A DNA stretch of 64,000 nt from a virus. The notes under the pieces were generated by a model. The model was not told the DNA's origin. It ran no database searches and was given only the letters and a program-made list of their open reading frames with translations. Below, in pieces: positions 39,601-46,626 of this stretch. The DNA lies in the IMG/VR virus record IMGVR_UViG_3300027896_000033, positions 3,351 through 67,350 of that record. One strand, 5' to 3'. Position numbers and translations under genes: made by a program. Each line of letters starts with the position of its first letter. Position 1 is the stretch's first letter.

Positions 39601-39956
39601 GTGTAAGATACTAAACCATACAGTGTGACAGCACTACCAGTATTATTGTACCAACTAAAGCTTAATTGGTATATATTGCCTGTTAATGTAAATGCAGATG
39701 AAAGTAAATTAGCTCTTAAATTCGAGAGTTCAGTATGACTTGTTTTAATTAATGAAGGGAGTGATACTCCATATATTAATGACACATCATGAGTTATAAA
39801 ATCCAATGAAAGGGTCCCAGAAACAGGGGTATTTATTTTAGCCCATAAAGTCTCTGCATTTTTATCAGTTATACTTGCAGTAATGTTCCCTTCTTCATCA
39901 ATTACATGTAAAGTAACTTCAGTATTAAAATTAGCAATTGAATTAACTTCCGGCAT
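30663..39956 (-). CDS. Giant 3097-aa tail fibre/adhesin-like protein with LamG (ConA-like) and DUF2341-like domains
   Basis: LVLLHANG..TIDFWMFP..WYHVALV..IYING..GYLAEIHVTKG (LamG); IYNPNASSLSQYSIRID..LWINIPYI and YVYY..NVFNFYDDF (DUF2341-like). Confidence 0.8.
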   Translation of the reverse strand: MPEVNSIANFNTEVTLHVIDEEGNITASITDKNAETLWAKINTPVSGTLSLDFITHDVSLIYGVSLPSLIKTSHTELSNLRANLLSSAFTLTGNIYQLSFSWYNNTGSAVTLYGLVSYTDASLVYTVFDMSSNPIVILPGSTAIGNYKITYDVATPVVLASTTVNSTQNVNKIFSGLRENISDNLRSYKLSRLFIKTSVYPGSNINDTSFISNLIITVTNTNFSSYSIYNNYTAEIFYKCLSSGSPGGAVVSRFIIPSLVNTYINTASYTDTVQIQVNSNVSYLLDQTTTYAMSNGGLVRGWSGQSLDPLTVERYTSPCTITCTNDTDTSIYPFQVKYPSFTTLIEPYLTFTSLAWGTTDGGGVPGPPWNTPDGHINVLLYHNSAPPLTSDVLSVGPDGYANSCWQHVQIMYWDAAPTLTVYVNCPLGGAYWQVIDKKALSAYINGTLFTSALPTTVGTYDGYGGGWLKYTFTLTGLPSSGSGVMVLRINEPVSTYTWNQYNYIFPAVPDKLILCTNMYSYIIPYGGMMSLNSSTITSGWVSPACVNVNGVDTNLTAALSNASDAHSITTIQNTSLSVAMSSVKYQYNISVTQAQAASLAGIVSKNNIGWVYSLLSWPDAGYALARYNCIPYYVTSSNYVHFGLAFYRVNIGTTGYGSGQNYVPGAQADILRSNTFHVNPAYYESIYTSACNPAITINVGARTLSYNNAAPCVYKSTTRRLDDLKLRVFRQQGGGNYTYQLPENLCTYVEGTPTVVWGGATYEFETVLQTSENIDVLHLSIDPTSIFATNEYFSFPFCSKNTLIMDSLETWNLVNTANIPKSRFDDSILARCVGSDALIDPSDTDITKTNELYVNTGEAIPYDVQLPLSTVQVEGNSDYTHVLTFTVSWNSSTSQYPAIHIPKVITRSSIQLLTNVQSVYVTDGIHVIPWSLNPDHAQQQKLTLNSPRYSWELVLNRTVLSQLYPVNTTVIVYAYVQAKNRSNWLPYNVDIRSIFPTNYTDNNGINTLVLLHANGTEGALTITNSASLPNGVTITTSSSSIYTTYAHTMLGLGSFFIPNNTSYIQIANSLGSGNLISGSDKTIDFWMFPTNLAASQTLVTSYNLSMGYQVSYQCGWWLELYTGYGAGTAQLLFHYGDDAVHGTTVQGNAGSVACTDTGLHPLTTYTWYHVALVMSEGFLNIYINGTCEASVKMSLETGAGLRFGDSTTGFIGYLAEIHVTKGALWLEEFIPPAYPWGSSNLDTIGIQYKPTALIPIELPIAFDQNINVINSNDGSDVTFFQSDPFNRQLTDIGFSNILYLKASTITGITNNNTRVSYIELPIRTRGSYFLDGGMSGLYMGLSCCFDKGSRSLAHSLVGMKPHRAYSVMTTGNIYGYLTNAKYKSLGYKFKDTIEIPDSNVASVQIVTSGTPKSVGSSSIFINAYNAAQIISSSSTPQYYTLIDEDHCTYNQGSLTGLNVNYSKLLSNTIVEVKAANTSLLIEAQQNVSSSLVCACFDSNNRTTQKYTAQFTAYPTSSGVLSTNNKITTAHYVASPINANLAYLGFLVNIMMDHHFDSSARSGNSSVTGLIQYQKINSLFTTSALDLYYTEPGLLTPSYVDTNSGPKVSIVSNSEYTVLNSNLIDITDMSTNPTQFLYTTNKSINPGDTSVFKISNTAITNTANIDIVTYVPSAYTYLVQPYVNSAGTHLLSNSAAALSYEVLLSNRFMLKSHSAYKCAFTKNAELISILNTNNLVFPYTIGYVNDTYAASDVLTKGTVYTGSQTNTIVIEAPMFGSRQIAIGALTGVERHQLTAYKDIYNNIKTDTMSYFMDNIKYLTFIVNNYQKHVYPDASITSNSGWTGMCFTQYPYFNNYNLDELYINTHFNCTAWDVFGTPGQVGNTTAPIQVSLSTSGTQTYKTGVTINDAIYVDSKVIAKSNTRINIVFDSTNLLVHDITRLGKFSIQNYTNEYGSGAFTYVPIIKVTNTNTSISTIYGQHIVYGTPLDITSMVNALTVNNINILLNNYRSNCFTYEGFNSLLSVFNSTIYTLQLGFIIYSTNTNMLCVFKGMSVEIEFSNASHYTRPDWCYVNKISSLMSATKTDLVSNVSASEVKIYNPNASSLSQYSIRIDVSDYTFTSFTSGIVAKTVSLTSIPTLYEKDTDGHVSNNLGDFNGKGLWINIPYIGANATIVLILTNTTNSFVISDVFSFYEGFNTLDVANLTYSKLDGTSMSATDTSVTPPGQASTERVSAMCHNLSINVVNNALQLTGQESTSVISNVSNLANTNQYEIKYSANDTSNLEVAFGALTNISYTAPLPHFNETVDTKYTFVKTDLHTGDNYFYVYYTSGTATNASTNTIFNVYQDFSVTSIPGWVKYNSGKMTITSGNMAVTSTQARIQCLNCISPKYSYGAIVRVSATVTDYSSILVSLSTSDHAYSGLAVGINSTMRYVGELFDSNNGIGCGKPTATASTYVLTVHQDNLVSAENLLTGTSNGKYYTCENDFGRLQRHGGGSEAFVNLGGSWSQYVGLNNDVTNAMNFTFAAVYKAPKSVNWPPVYSAMETGSWTIDGFVFTNRTKVKFTSTSTDTNCVIKFDRTNFSNNTTLRITSTTALEAFSENTALSIGLGTKKQNIVGIASGSTELIPYWMTASDTENAFIKTDLSKGDNTLYVYYTSSSTALSNGANVFNFYDDFASGTLDVSKWKVGTHAGTGYLIAANQYTAVSTPAHLRSHYLLTGQYSLMTRGSVQSTVVQNSILGIWNNSVDFYGDIYWQATDVYPVGFKYGETTNLELGNIYTNTPATPFTMVMHNHEFDNDKRTILTVYGTSGRVDSANGVYPPNWGNGWANARNPFALSRITGNIRIGTSPHYSTDSGTAINTVCNWVAAWERSKSAISYIWGAEESGSWVVDTFTFTNRKKLTVTTDDADTGVVFRIKQAQFNSLANIRIQRTIKNGHSMRYIDTHRTDTILSFCPANGNVSYRRTLLSDPYAMSDTVTGINVATPSTGSLGITASTGIDTNKVIVKWIRGRAYAPLEPVQLRLADLELLVANIRSDWYFIDTTTSNVHAANVSAITALIASNADLNHDAIFLESWKKFPCSDLIKNGCYGFGRLLNYRN

Positions 39957-40006
39957 GTAAGCACCTATTTGTATTTTTAATATAGTGTGTAAGCTGTTTG
40001 TATTGA

Positions 40007-40035
40007 ATGTTTTATCCCTCTCAGAAATAAAACAT
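40007..40035. promoter_or_regulatory. Divergent TAAAACAT boxes (40007-40014 minus; 40028-40035 plus)
   Basis: Exact motifs facing the genes at 39956 and 40078. Confidence 0.8.
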
Positions 40036-40077
40036 TACAAAACAGCTAAAACTAATAAAAACTAAGAGATTATATCT

Positions 40078-41061
40078 ATGCGTAATAAAGTGACTTTACA
40101 TATATCAACCACTAATGAATTAAATGTAGTTGGGGCAGATATTGTTGATACTAATAGGTATATTAGTCCTAATTTAGCAGGACTGTATGTATTGCCCTCT
40201 TCTAACATGCACATAAACACGCCGTTAGGGGCTATTTTTTTAAAATATTTAATAAATACTGTTCCATACAGAGCAGTCTCATCGTGTCTGATAGACGGCA
40301 GTGTGTACTATGGCACCATATTAGAAAACCCCTCAATAACTGTGTACAGTAATAATATACCTTTTTCATCGTTGATGGGAGTTGCACTTGATGAAACGGC
40401 TACTTGTGCTACCATTAATATTAGTAGTCAATCAATTACTACACCAAATAAAATAAAGAGCTATGCTGTTTTTAATTACAATAAAATCATTGAATATGCG
40501 ACTAAAGCTGTAAATAATGGAACTGAATTTATGTATTTTCAAAATTGCATACTTCAGCAATATGTAAATTTTAAATATACTACACTAGTACATCCTTTGG
40601 CCTTGACTCATTTTAGACCAGTTTACAATGCTCTTGAGATTGGGCAGAATGACAGTTTGAATTTTAAAATTTATGGTGCCTCGAATTATTTATCAAGTAT
40701 AACTAAAATAACCCTTAGAAGTCTTAAAATGCTTTTTAGTGCTGATAATACGAATTGGTATACGTACAATACTGGAACATCTGCTTTTGTTTCAGCGACA
40801 CCTTCAGGCAGTTATTTTACATATAGTGAATTATGTTCATTAGGCACGACATTTAGTACATATCAGAGGATTCCATTGTCTGCTTTTGTAACTACTTTTG
40901 GATCTCCTAATATAGTAAAAATATCAGTTCTAACAAACGGTTGGACTCTTCCAAGATACATAAAACACGCATTGTATAACGATCAATTAGATTCGAGCAA
41001 TTTTATTTGGGTTAATACTACTTCTACTACAAAAAGAAGTATATATTCCGGAAATATATAA
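40078..41061 (+). CDS. Putative virion structural protein
   Basis: 327 aa; N-terminus (NKVTLHI) resembles that of the divergent 3097-aa protein (TEVTLHV); FSADNTNWYTYN motif. Confidence 0.65.
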   Translation: MRNKVTLHISTTNELNVVGADIVDTNRYISPNLAGLYVLPSSNMHINTPLGAIFLKYLINTVPYRAVSSCLIDGSVYYGTILENPSITVYSNNIPFSSLMGVALDETATCATINISSQSITTPNKIKSYAVFNYNKIIEYATKAVNNGTEFMYFQNCILQQYVNFKYTTLVHPLALTHFRPVYNALEIGQNDSLNFKIYGASNYLSSITKITLRSLKMLFSADNTNWYTYNTGTSAFVSATPSGSYFTYSELCSLGTTFSTYQRIPLSAFVTTFGSPNIVKISVLTNGWTLPRYIKHALYNDQLDSSNFIWVNTTSTTKRSIYSGNI

Positions 41062-41063
41062 AC

Positions 41064-41882
41064 ATGTCAAATATTTATATTTCAAAATTAGGAGTACGCT
41101 ATGAAGTTGTTTATTATTATAAACAAAAAATAGTAAATTGGGATTTTGTAGCACCTAGTGCTTATGAATGCCTCTTTTCAACGATACCTGAATCACAAAA
41201 CAAATACAGTAACATATTATCATACAGTATGTACCAATCTGATGAATTCCTGTCATCAGATTTAGCTATATACATAACTGATGAAAGTTACAGAAATAAC
41301 ATAGTATATTACGAATTGACATTAAGTAATAACTTTTTTCCTTCTATACCTTGTGTATTTCAAGGTTTTACAAACACAAGCATAGAAACACTACCAATTA
41401 ATGTTTCAGATAATATAGTTTTTCCAGCATTGACTACAAAAACACTTCAGGCAACTCCTGTACAATTTAAAACACCAATTAAATACCCAATTGTTGATTC
41501 TCTTATAACTAAGATATATTCTCTTATCCCTATCGGTACATACACTCGTACTATCGAATTCATTAAAAATACTGTTGATTGTAGGGTGAATTTTAGTACA
41601 TTACGTGAACCTACGATTAACACACCTATAGTCTCTTCCAATTTAAAATCATATCAAAACCTCCTATCATTAGGGCACATAATTGATGCATTAATGACAG
41701 GTATTGGCACTATTGTGAATAGCTATACACAAGTCGTATCAATTAACACAAATATTTTACCTTTACATACTCAATACATTGTAGGTAATGCAGATACTAT
41801 TACTTATACATTTTCAAATGGCAATACATATAATTCTATATCTAGCTGTAGTCTCTCTAGTCATACTAGCATTTCACATTAA
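41064..41882 (+). CDS. Putative structural protein
   Basis: 272-aa ORF in the late operon. Confidence 0.6.
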   Translation: MSNIYISKLGVRYEVVYYYKQKIVNWDFVAPSAYECLFSTIPESQNKYSNILSYSMYQSDEFLSSDLAIYITDESYRNNIVYYELTLSNNFFPSIPCVFQGFTNTSIETLPINVSDNIVFPALTTKTLQATPVQFKTPIKYPIVDSLITKIYSLIPIGTYTRTIEFIKNTVDCRVNFSTLREPTINTPIVSSNLKSYQNLLSLGHIIDALMTGIGTIVNSYTQVVSINTNILPLHTQYIVGNADTITYTFSNGNTYNSISSCSLSSHTSISH

Positions 41883-41904
41883 TACGTATAGAGGTTTTAA
41901 ATAA

Positions 41905-42294
41905 ATGCCTATATTTTTGTCATATACTAATACATTTCCATACAGTGTGATTACTGATTTACGAATTAATGATGAGATGGATGTGTCATTAACACATGGT
42001 ACTAATGTTGAAGAGATTATTACTCCTATTTATATTATAGCTACAAAAGAGTTATTCCCTAATCTTGAAATTAAAGTAGAAAATGAGAATAGTTCTGGAG
42101 CGTCATTATACATAAGTCCTGTTGACTCAATAGGTGTTCCTACACATTGGGGGAAACTTATTACATTAACGAATATTGATGCAACAATAAGTGATGTAAA
42201 AATACTGATTAATTACAAATGGAGTGTGATTAATAATATATACATCCTGAAGAAGCTAAATGTTTCAGGGAATATAAATATCTATGCTGTTTAA
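41905..42294 (+). CDS. Putative structural protein
   Basis: 129 aa, GAGGT RBS. Confidence 0.6.
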   Translation: MPIFLSYTNTFPYSVITDLRINDEMDVSLTHGTNVEEIITPIYIIATKELFPNLEIKVENENSSGASLYISPVDSIGVPTHWGKLITLTNIDATISDVKILINYKWSVINNIYILKKLNVSGNINIYAV

Positions 42295-42302
42295 AGAGGG
42301 TA

Positions 42303-42704
42303 GTGATGATTTCAGGCGTATATATAGGTAAAAGCAGTACAGGAAGCTATGATCTTGTTTCTACAGGGGACTATATAAGCCCTGTTACAACTACATTTAA
42401 ATTAAAGGACTCTCAAACTTCGATTGTGAAAGATGTTCCTTTATACTTGATAATTAATGACATCGATATTGATATTATTAAGGTTATGGTCATAGGTAAA
42501 GTTACTGCTATTAGACAATTTGTATCGTGGGATGGGATTACTTGGTCTACTTCAATTGAAAGTACTAACAATATTAATGTTATAGGGTCTTTAATGATTA
42601 GGCCTTTTTATACAAGAATCATAGTTGATGACTTTCTAGAATATTTTAATGTAAGTCAAGAGTCCTCGTATAAACAGTATAAACTAAAACTAATGTATTC
42701 ATAA
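42303..42704 (+). CDS. Putative structural protein
   Basis: 133 aa; SWDGITW motif. Confidence 0.6.
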   Translation: MMISGVYIGKSSTGSYDLVSTGDYISPVTTTFKLKDSQTSIVKDVPLYLIINDIDIDIIKVMVIGKVTAIRQFVSWDGITWSTSIESTNNINVIGSLMIRPFYTRIIVDDFLEYFNVSQESSYKQYKLKLMYS

Positions 42705-42705
42705 T

Positions 42706-44088
42706 TTACGAAGCATATGTATATGTAACATCGTATGTTCCTGTTTCTTTAATTGAATCATATGACATATTTGCTGTCTTTATACCTAGTCCATTAACTG
42801 AATTATAGAAATTACTTATCGCAATTTTTACATTTTCTGCATAGAATTTATACGAAGCTGATGCTTGTGTGATATTTTTTGGACATGCATTATATACCCG
42901 TATTATGTCCTCCCAATTAGTTGTGGGGAGTTGTACACGACTATACATCAGATTAGGATTATTTGTTGCGGGAGTTAATGCAGGCCCTGTAGGCCATGAT
43001 AAATTACGTTTTAATGGAGAAGCATTTTTTATTAATCCTTCAGAAGCTACTGAATGCGATGTTGACCCTATTTGAGAAGTACCACCAGCCTCGTTTAAAG
43101 AATGTGTAACTGTTGTAACTGTTGAGATAGGTCCTCTAATATTATATTTGGTAATTTTTGAAGATAGTAATGTATAAATTAATCTTGGAGGATTTGCAGC
43201 ACACATCTTAGCTAAATTTTTATATCTCGCTATGTTTTTCATTGCTGCCATATAATTCTGAATATCAGAAGGATTAACGCCGGCTGCTTTAGCCATAGTT
43301 ATATTTTTTGGATCATTATTAGTGAAAATTTGTTTATTAATACGAGAAGCAATGTGCCCCATTAGGCCTGTTTGTTCCTCAGCTGTTTGAAATGCATTCT
43401 TAAGACTCACATTAATACTACCACCTGATTGATGTAGCCATTTAAAAACATTAGCTTCTCCAGCAGACGCATAAGCAGACAATGTCCATATAGCAGGTAA
43501 TTTATAATCAATAAATATTCGAGAACACGCAACATTAATCATTGCTGTATAGGCTCCTCTGGAACCTTCAACAATATTATAGTATTTAAACATAGGTTTG
43601 GCTTCAGTTGGATCAACTAACGCCACGTCCCAATCAAGAGTAACTAAAACAGGCCCATATTTTTCACTTTTATTCTTACTAGGGACAGCTACTAAATCAG
43701 TCAATGTTGAATACGAATCACTAATTGTTTCAGAGATAGTTCTATATGGATCGAAAGAAGATCCTGAATTTAATTCAGGAGAAGTTAAATAGGTATTAAA
43801 AGAAATACCTGTTTTTTTATAAGGTAAAAAAGTAGCAATAATAAAATTAATGTAAGGGTCATCATAAATTGTATTTTGTTTAGTTGTATCATGAAATCCT
43901 TGTGCGTAACGATTAGGATCACCATAAAAAGAACTTTCCGATACAATTTTCTTCGATGATATTTTATTTACCCACCCTGACTGAACCCCTACACCATATT
44001 TAAAAGCAGCGCCGGCAATGCCCATGACATAACCAATAATTTTCATTGCTCCTTTATCATCATCTTGAGGAGGTATAGCAGTACTCAT
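42706..44088 (-). CDS. Hypothetical late protein
   Basis: 460 aa; TAAAACAT at 44132-44139. Confidence 0.7.
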   Translation of the reverse strand: MSTAIPPQDDDKGAMKIIGYVMGIAGAAFKYGVGVQSGWVNKISSKKIVSESSFYGDPNRYAQGFHDTTKQNTIYDDPYINFIIATFLPYKKTGISFNTYLTSPELNSGSSFDPYRTISETISDSYSTLTDLVAVPSKNKSEKYGPVLVTLDWDVALVDPTEAKPMFKYYNIVEGSRGAYTAMINVACSRIFIDYKLPAIWTLSAYASAGEANVFKWLHQSGGSINVSLKNAFQTAEEQTGLMGHIASRINKQIFTNNDPKNITMAKAAGVNPSDIQNYMAAMKNIARYKNLAKMCAANPPRLIYTLLSSKITKYNIRGPISTVTTVTHSLNEAGGTSQIGSTSHSVASEGLIKNASPLKRNLSWPTGPALTPATNNPNLMYSRVQLPTTNWEDIIRVYNACPKNITQASASYKFYAENVKIAISNFYNSVNGLGIKTANMSYDSIKETGTYDVTYTYAS

Positions 44089-44121
44089 AAGTCACCTTAA
44101 TTGTAAGTTAGTAAAGTGTGT

Positions 44122-44185
44122 ATGTTTTTAAATGTTTTATAAAAAATTAACATATGCTCATATTTCACTACAAAGGTAAAAACAT
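44122..44185. promoter_or_regulatory. Divergent late boxes (44132-44139 minus exact; 44122-44130 minus and 44177-44185 plus TAAAAACAT variants)
   Basis: Motif and 5-A variant in a divergent intergenic region. Confidence 0.65.
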
Positions 44186-44235
44186 AAGATATGAATGTTT
44201 AATTTTTCATGCACTTTCTACAAAGGTAAATTAGA

Positions 44236-44892
44236 ATGGCAGATGACGGCATAATCATAATAGGTAACCAAACAATAGGTTATACTGAAAGGCAAACATA
44301 CATCTATTGGGATATTACTCCCAATATGGTGGATGAAAGGCATATGTTTATTGCTAGTCCTTACTATTTAGTATCAAATAGTCGGTATACTGCTCAAAAT
44401 TATTTACTTACTATATATAGTACTAGATGGACAGGTTTAGATTACACACCTATCCCTATGTCAGAAGTTACTATATTTTTACATTATTCTCAATGTGTGT
44501 GGTCAGAAAGATCAGTATCGTATCATCCTGAAACAGGTAATAGAATGATGTTTGTTGAAGGTTTAATGACAAATACACCACTATTAATGAAATATCCTAA
44601 ATACTATAATTGGAGTTATGTTCCACAGATAGTTAATCCTCAATTTATTCTTTGGTCATTTTATCCATTAGCGACTAATGATATAACAGTTAAATTAACA
44701 TCTGATACAGGTGCTTCAGTTTCAGTGAATTCTGGTACGGATCCAGATAAATTCTCTATTGTACCTCTTTCAAATAAACAGTATCAAATAACTGCAAATG
44801 TAGATCATACATTTGCAACAGGGGATCATGTAACATGTTACCTTACATGTTATGATACCAAAGGGAATTATCTAAAACCGGGAATGTGGTAA
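44236..44892 (+). CDS. Putative structural protein with C-terminal Ig-like segment
   Basis: 218 aa; ends ...VTCYLTCYDTKGNYL. Confidence 0.6.
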   Translation: MADDGIIIIGNQTIGYTERQTYIYWDITPNMVDERHMFIASPYYLVSNSRYTAQNYLLTIYSTRWTGLDYTPIPMSEVTIFLHYSQCVWSERSVSYHPETGNRMMFVEGLMTNTPLLMKYPKYYNWSYVPQIVNPQFILWSFYPLATNDITVKLTSDTGASVSVNSGTDPDKFSIVPLSNKQYQITANVDHTFATGDHVTCYLTCYDTKGNYLKPGMW

Positions 44893-45240
44893 TTACGATA
44901 TAAAATCTTTGTATACACTCGATGCATGTAAACACAACGAATTATTATTCTTATCAATTTCAAATGATGGTTCGATAGAATAAATAGACTTGTTTCTATC
45001 GAGGTTTCGAATTAAAACAGTATGTGTATCTTTAAAATCAAGTAAATATGATTTAATGGTTGCAAGTCTATTTGCTTTTTTATCTAAAAATGTATTAACT
45101 TCTAAGTATATTACATTCCTAGTTTTCTTATCAAATATAGCATTAAGAACAATTAACGGCTCTACGTAAAATTCAGAGTGGACTGTAATTTTAACAATAT
45201 TGTTTTCTAGTAACAAATTTTTAAGTATTCCTAATTTCAT
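44893..45240 (-). CDS. Hypothetical protein
   Basis: Likely start MKLGILK after AAAGGA. Confidence 0.6.
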   Translation of the reverse strand: MKLGILKNLLLENNIVKITVHSEFYVEPLIVLNAIFDKKTRNVIYLEVNTFLDKKANRLATIKSYLLDFKDTHTVLIRNLDRNKSIYSIEPSFEIDKNNNSLCLHASSVYKDFIS

Positions 45241-45369
45241 TGTATATTTCCTTTTTAAATTAAAAAACAAATTCTTTTAATAGGTTTTATACCTCTGATT
45301 AAAAACATATACAAGTATATGTAATGTACAAACCAACAAGCAAATGTTAATTAAAATGGAGAAAACGTT

Positions 45370-45723
45370 ATGAGTGAGGAAAAAGAAGTCGGTACTTTAG
45401 CGAGTTATGTTATTCCTATGTATGCAATGGTTGCATTTCTACATAATACCGACTCAACTGATTCAATTAACCCTTCAGTTGTTGAATTAATGAAGAAGAT
45501 CGATAATAACCAACAAATCAAAGAATTACTAGGTTTAATGTCAGGTAAGTTAACTGAAATTATAGCAGGACTTGATTCTAGTTTTGCAGCAACAATTTTT
45601 ATTCCTAATGCTTTTATTCCTATAAAAGAACAAAAGGATAGTGATCTTGTAATTGACTTTGTAAGTAGATTGAATGATGAGATAGCAAAAAGAATGGACG
45701 GTACACAAGAAAATGAACAATAA
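45370..45723 (+). CDS. Hypothetical protein
   Basis: GGAG RBS; TAAAAACAT variant at 45300-45308. Confidence 0.7.
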   Translation: MSEEKEVGTLASYVIPMYAMVAFLHNTDSTDSINPSVVELMKKIDNNQQIKELLGLMSGKLTEIIAGLDSSFAATIFIPNAFIPIKEQKDSDLVIDFVSRLNDEIAKRMDGTQENEQ

Positions 45724-46078
45724 TATTATGGAGTACTCAATGGCTGACGACACTTATACAGAATTACCTGATGAACCGCAGTTATCAGGCATTGGTAAGT
45801 ATAAAAAAACTATCGCTTACATTGAAGAAGAATTGTACACCACTTTAAACTATTTAAACAATCAATTGGATTTAATTGATGAGCAAATAGGGGATACAGG
45901 AGAGCATGCAGCACCTCTCCCTTTTAACAGAAATGTGTATGATTCAAAGAAACAAATTGTGGAACAGAAATTAGTGGCATTACGTTCATTAGCTGGTGTT
46001 GCATCAGAACAAGTTAAGGTAACTGATAAAACTAAAGGGTCAGAAATTGCAAGTATTACTGAATTATTTCAAAATTAA
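45713..46078 (+). CDS. Hypothetical helical protein (possibly terminase small subunit-like)
   Basis: Coiled-coil character, near the portal gene; function speculative. Confidence 0.4.
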   Translation: MNNNIMEYSMADDTYTELPDEPQLSGIGKYKKTIAYIEEELYTTLNYLNNQLDLIDEQIGDTGEHAAPLPFNRNVYDSKKQIVEQKLVALRSLAGVASEQVKVTDKTKGSEIASITELFQN

Positions 46079-46090
46079 TTTGTAATTAAG

Positions 46091-46297
46091 ATGAAAATCA
46101 TTGCAGTTAAATCATTATTACCAGATGTAAAATCGGTTCTTCTTTTTTCCGAGAATAAAAAAGAAGATTATTTGTATGCACATCAATTGTCAATTGCGGA
46201 AGATGTAACTGACGATGCGGAAGAAATACAAGCACGAAAATATGATAGTATCCCTGATGAAACAAATGTTAGTGATAGATATTGCTATTTTAAATAA
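46091..46297 (+). CDS. Hypothetical protein
   Basis: 68-aa ORF in operon. Confidence 0.55.
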   Translation: MKIIAVKSLLPDVKSVLLFSENKKEDYLYAHQLSIAEDVTDDAEEIQARKYDSIPDETNVSDRYCYFK

Positions 46298-46317
46298 AGT
46301 TATTTTGGAGAGTACTG

Positions 46318-46626
46318 ATGAATAAGTTAGGATTAAGAGATGTAGCATATACTTCAATTAAGAAAAAATATCCAAAACTCACAAAAATACAGATTACGGA
46401 TATTCTTGAAACAGTTATTGAGTCTATGATTGATGCATTAGTTGACACTAAGAGATTATCAATGCGAGGATTTGGTATTTTAGAAGTGACATACTTAAAA
46501 GAAAGGCCCGGGTTTCACCCTAAATTTCTTAAACCCATAATTATCCCTGCAAGAGCTAAAATAAAATTCGTCCCTGCACAGACATTAAGAAATAGAATAA
46601 ATAGTAAGCCTAAGAGTCAAAAGTAA
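46318..46626 (+). CDS. Second, divergent HU/IHF-family protein
   Basis: LSMRGFGILEVTYLKERPGFHPKFLKPIIIPARAKIKFVPAQTLRNRIN. Confidence 0.85.
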   Translation: MNKLGLRDVAYTSIKKKYPKLTKIQITDILETVIESMIDALVDTKRLSMRGFGILEVTYLKERPGFHPKFLKPIIIPARAKIKFVPAQTLRNRINSKPKSQK

